DNA from: Octopus bimaculoides
Lineage: Eukaryota
Assembly (NCBI RefSeq): GCF_001194135.2
Contig: NC_068981.1
Span: forward strand, 181,309,921 to 181,363,769
Length of the DNA stretch: 53,849 bases
Direction: 5' to 3'
Shown: in pieces, positions 51,968 through 53,849 of the stretch
Position numbering within the stretch: position 1 is the first letter of the stretch
Layout: every line of letters begins with the position of its first letter
Translations under genes and position numbers: made by a program
The notes under the pieces: generated by a model
Told to the model about the DNA's origin: nothing
Databases searched by the model: none
Seen by the model: only the letters and a program-made list of their open reading frames with translations

Positions 51968-52234
51968 CAGTGCTACTCAAAGTGGTGGTCTGCAGACTGG
52001 TGCTGGTCCATGGCGAGTTTTCAGAAAAGAAAGAAACATTATTTGTTTACAAAATAAATATAAGATAAAAAGAAAGTCAACTTTTATTATATTCATTATA
52101 TATATTGTTTCTTGTATAAATTAATATTACTAAGAAATATTACCAGTCTTTGGCACTAGTAATATTTCTTTGGCACTGGTAATATTGGGAAAAAAACTGC
52201 TAGTATGCCACATCAGATAGTTTGAGAAGCACTG
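51968..52234. mobile_element. hAT (Charlie/MER5-type) MITE with perfect 8-bp TSD
   Basis: cactacac|cagtgctactcaaag ... tttgagaagcactg|cactacac. Confidence 0.88.
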
Positions 52235-52786
52235 CACTACACAATCCTTCATCCACTGGATCCAGGCAGAGCATCTAACTTACACCAGTATGGAATACAG
52301 ATGATAAATGATGACTGTCCCTTCTTTTTGTATACTTTAGAATAAAATTTCAGATGTGTGTCTCCTTGTTTCACAACCATCAGAATGTGAAGTGCTCCTG
52401 ATAAGTGCATGTTCATAAAATGTTGTGAACTATAAACAGTTTTAAGTAGGAACCAGAAAGAGAAGTATGAACATGTAATGTGCATATGCACAGTGAATTT
52501 GTAAAATGGAAGAGAATAAAAATGCAATGTGCATGTGAAAATAAAATGGAAGAGAGGAATAAAACAAAGTATATGTTGGTCTGTGTGCCACCTCTGACAC
52601 CACTATCACACAGCTTTGCTGCAATTACCTTGTTTTTAAGATAGTAAAGTGCAATTTGGCAGCTATTTGTAGCAGGTCAAGAAATTGTATAGAAAATTCT
52701 GGAAATGTAATGAGATTATGTAACACTCATGCCTTTCTCAGAGGTATTAGCGATGAAGTGAAGTAAATTAGCACCAAATGGAAATG

Positions 52787-53166
52787 TTGGCACTCCGTCG
52801 CTTACGACGTCGAGGGTTCCAGTTGATCCGATCAACGGAACAGCCTGCTCATGAAATTAACGTGCAAGTGGCTGAGCACTCCACAGACACGTGTACCCTT
52901 AACGTAGTTCTTGAGGATATTCAGCGTGACGCAGTGTGACAAGGCTGACCCTTTGAATCACAGGCACAACAGAAATAGGAAGTAAGAGTGGGAGAAAGTT
53001 GTGGTGAAAGAGTACAGCAGGGTTCGCCACCATCCCCTGCCGGAGCCTTGTGGAGCTTTAGGTGTTTTCGCTCAATAAACACTCACAACGCCTGGTCTGG
53101 GAATCGAAACCGGATCCTATGACCGCGAGTCCGCTGCCCTAACCACTGGGCCATTGCGCCTCCACT
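52787..53166 (-). mobile_element. Young tRNA-derived SINE (family B) with 13-bp TSD
   Basis: A box TGGCCCAGTGG and B box GTTTCGATTCC; CpG-rich; TSD ccaaatggaaatg at 52774-52786 and 53167-53179. Confidence 0.9.
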
Positions 53167-53659
53167 CCAAATGGAAATGGAAACCTTATAAAGTCATTGA
53201 TCTTGCCAGGAGCACTTTTAACCTCTTGCTGTGTGACACATGTCCCAATCAGATGTAACAAAACGGAAATGTGAATGGTTCAATGATTCCTAAACCCCAG
53301 AGATGCTTCTGTTGGTTTAATGGTGTTATGTGAATGAGATTATAAATCTCCTGCTGATCTGTTGCACCAAGTGATCTTGTAACATTTATCAACATCTAGG
53401 AGAACTGAAAGACAGTGAAGTAAAAAGTGTTCTTCCTGGAAATACAACTAAATGCTGAGCCAATGAGAATAGCCTTCATGTGGTCACTTGAACTGCTAGA
53501 AAAAGCAACCAATTTCTCTTCAAATTACAATATATTTTTTAAAAAGAGAGGGGTACATTGGATAATATTGCCCAAGAAATGCAAAATCTGAGAGATGGGC
53601 ACAGCTAGAACATCTTTGATCAGGCCTCTGATTTCAAGCATATTTCTGTTAGTGTATTT

Positions 53660-53849
53660 CTCCTTTACTCCTTTACTTGTTTCAGTCATTTGACTGCAGC
53701 CATGCTGGAGCACCGCCTTTAGTCAAGCAAATTGACCCCAGGACTTATTCTTGGGAAGCTTAGTACTTATTGTATCGGTCTCTTTTGCCGAACCGCTAAG
53801 ATACGGGGACCTAAACACACAAACATATACACACACACAGATATATATA
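53660..53849 (-). mobile_element. SINE family A 3' half, running off the window end
   Basis: tttactcctttacttgtttcagtcatttgactgcagccatgctggagcaccgcc... Confidence 0.8.

Noticed and set aside
1-53849. CRISPR-like or prokaryotic defence system
   Set aside because: There is no constant-repeat/unique-spacer array and no operon-like ORFs; recurring motifs are explained by SINE/LINE copies.

Overview
AT-rich, repeat-dense eukaryotic draft-assembly scaffold with many N gaps, several flanked by (TA)n. The repeat families look like those of octopus (cephalopod) genomes; this is recognition from memory, not a database result. One host gene is well supported: the last three coding exons (38707-38790, 37052-37208, 29098-29269; minus strand, canonical GT-AG, phases join in frame) of an SLC46-family MFS transporter with a C-terminal YxxPhi motif, as in lysosomal SLC46A3. 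Its upstream exons were not found and may lie in gaps or beyond the window. A CpG-retaining promoter-like segment with YY1 and ETS motifs lies at about 1.3-2.7 kb. The rest is mostly mobile DNA: RTE LINE 3' fragments with (GAT)n tails (one young copy with an open RT frame and a TSD), R4/Dong-like RLE LINEs, CR1/L2/Jockey-group LINE remnants, tRNA-derived SINEs, Tc1-like transposases with DD36E and DD35E spacing, mariner remnants, and hAT, Tc1 and piggyBac-type MITEs. There are no CRISPR arrays, rRNA genes or convincing tRNA genes. I found no demonstrably new biological system. The best leads are the SLC46 transporter, near-identical inverted RTE copies bracketing its exons, modular SINEs swapping 3' halves at a microsatellite hinge, the non-canonical Tc1 triads and a retroposon orientation bias. 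Repeat boundaries are approximate unless a TSD or TIR is cited.
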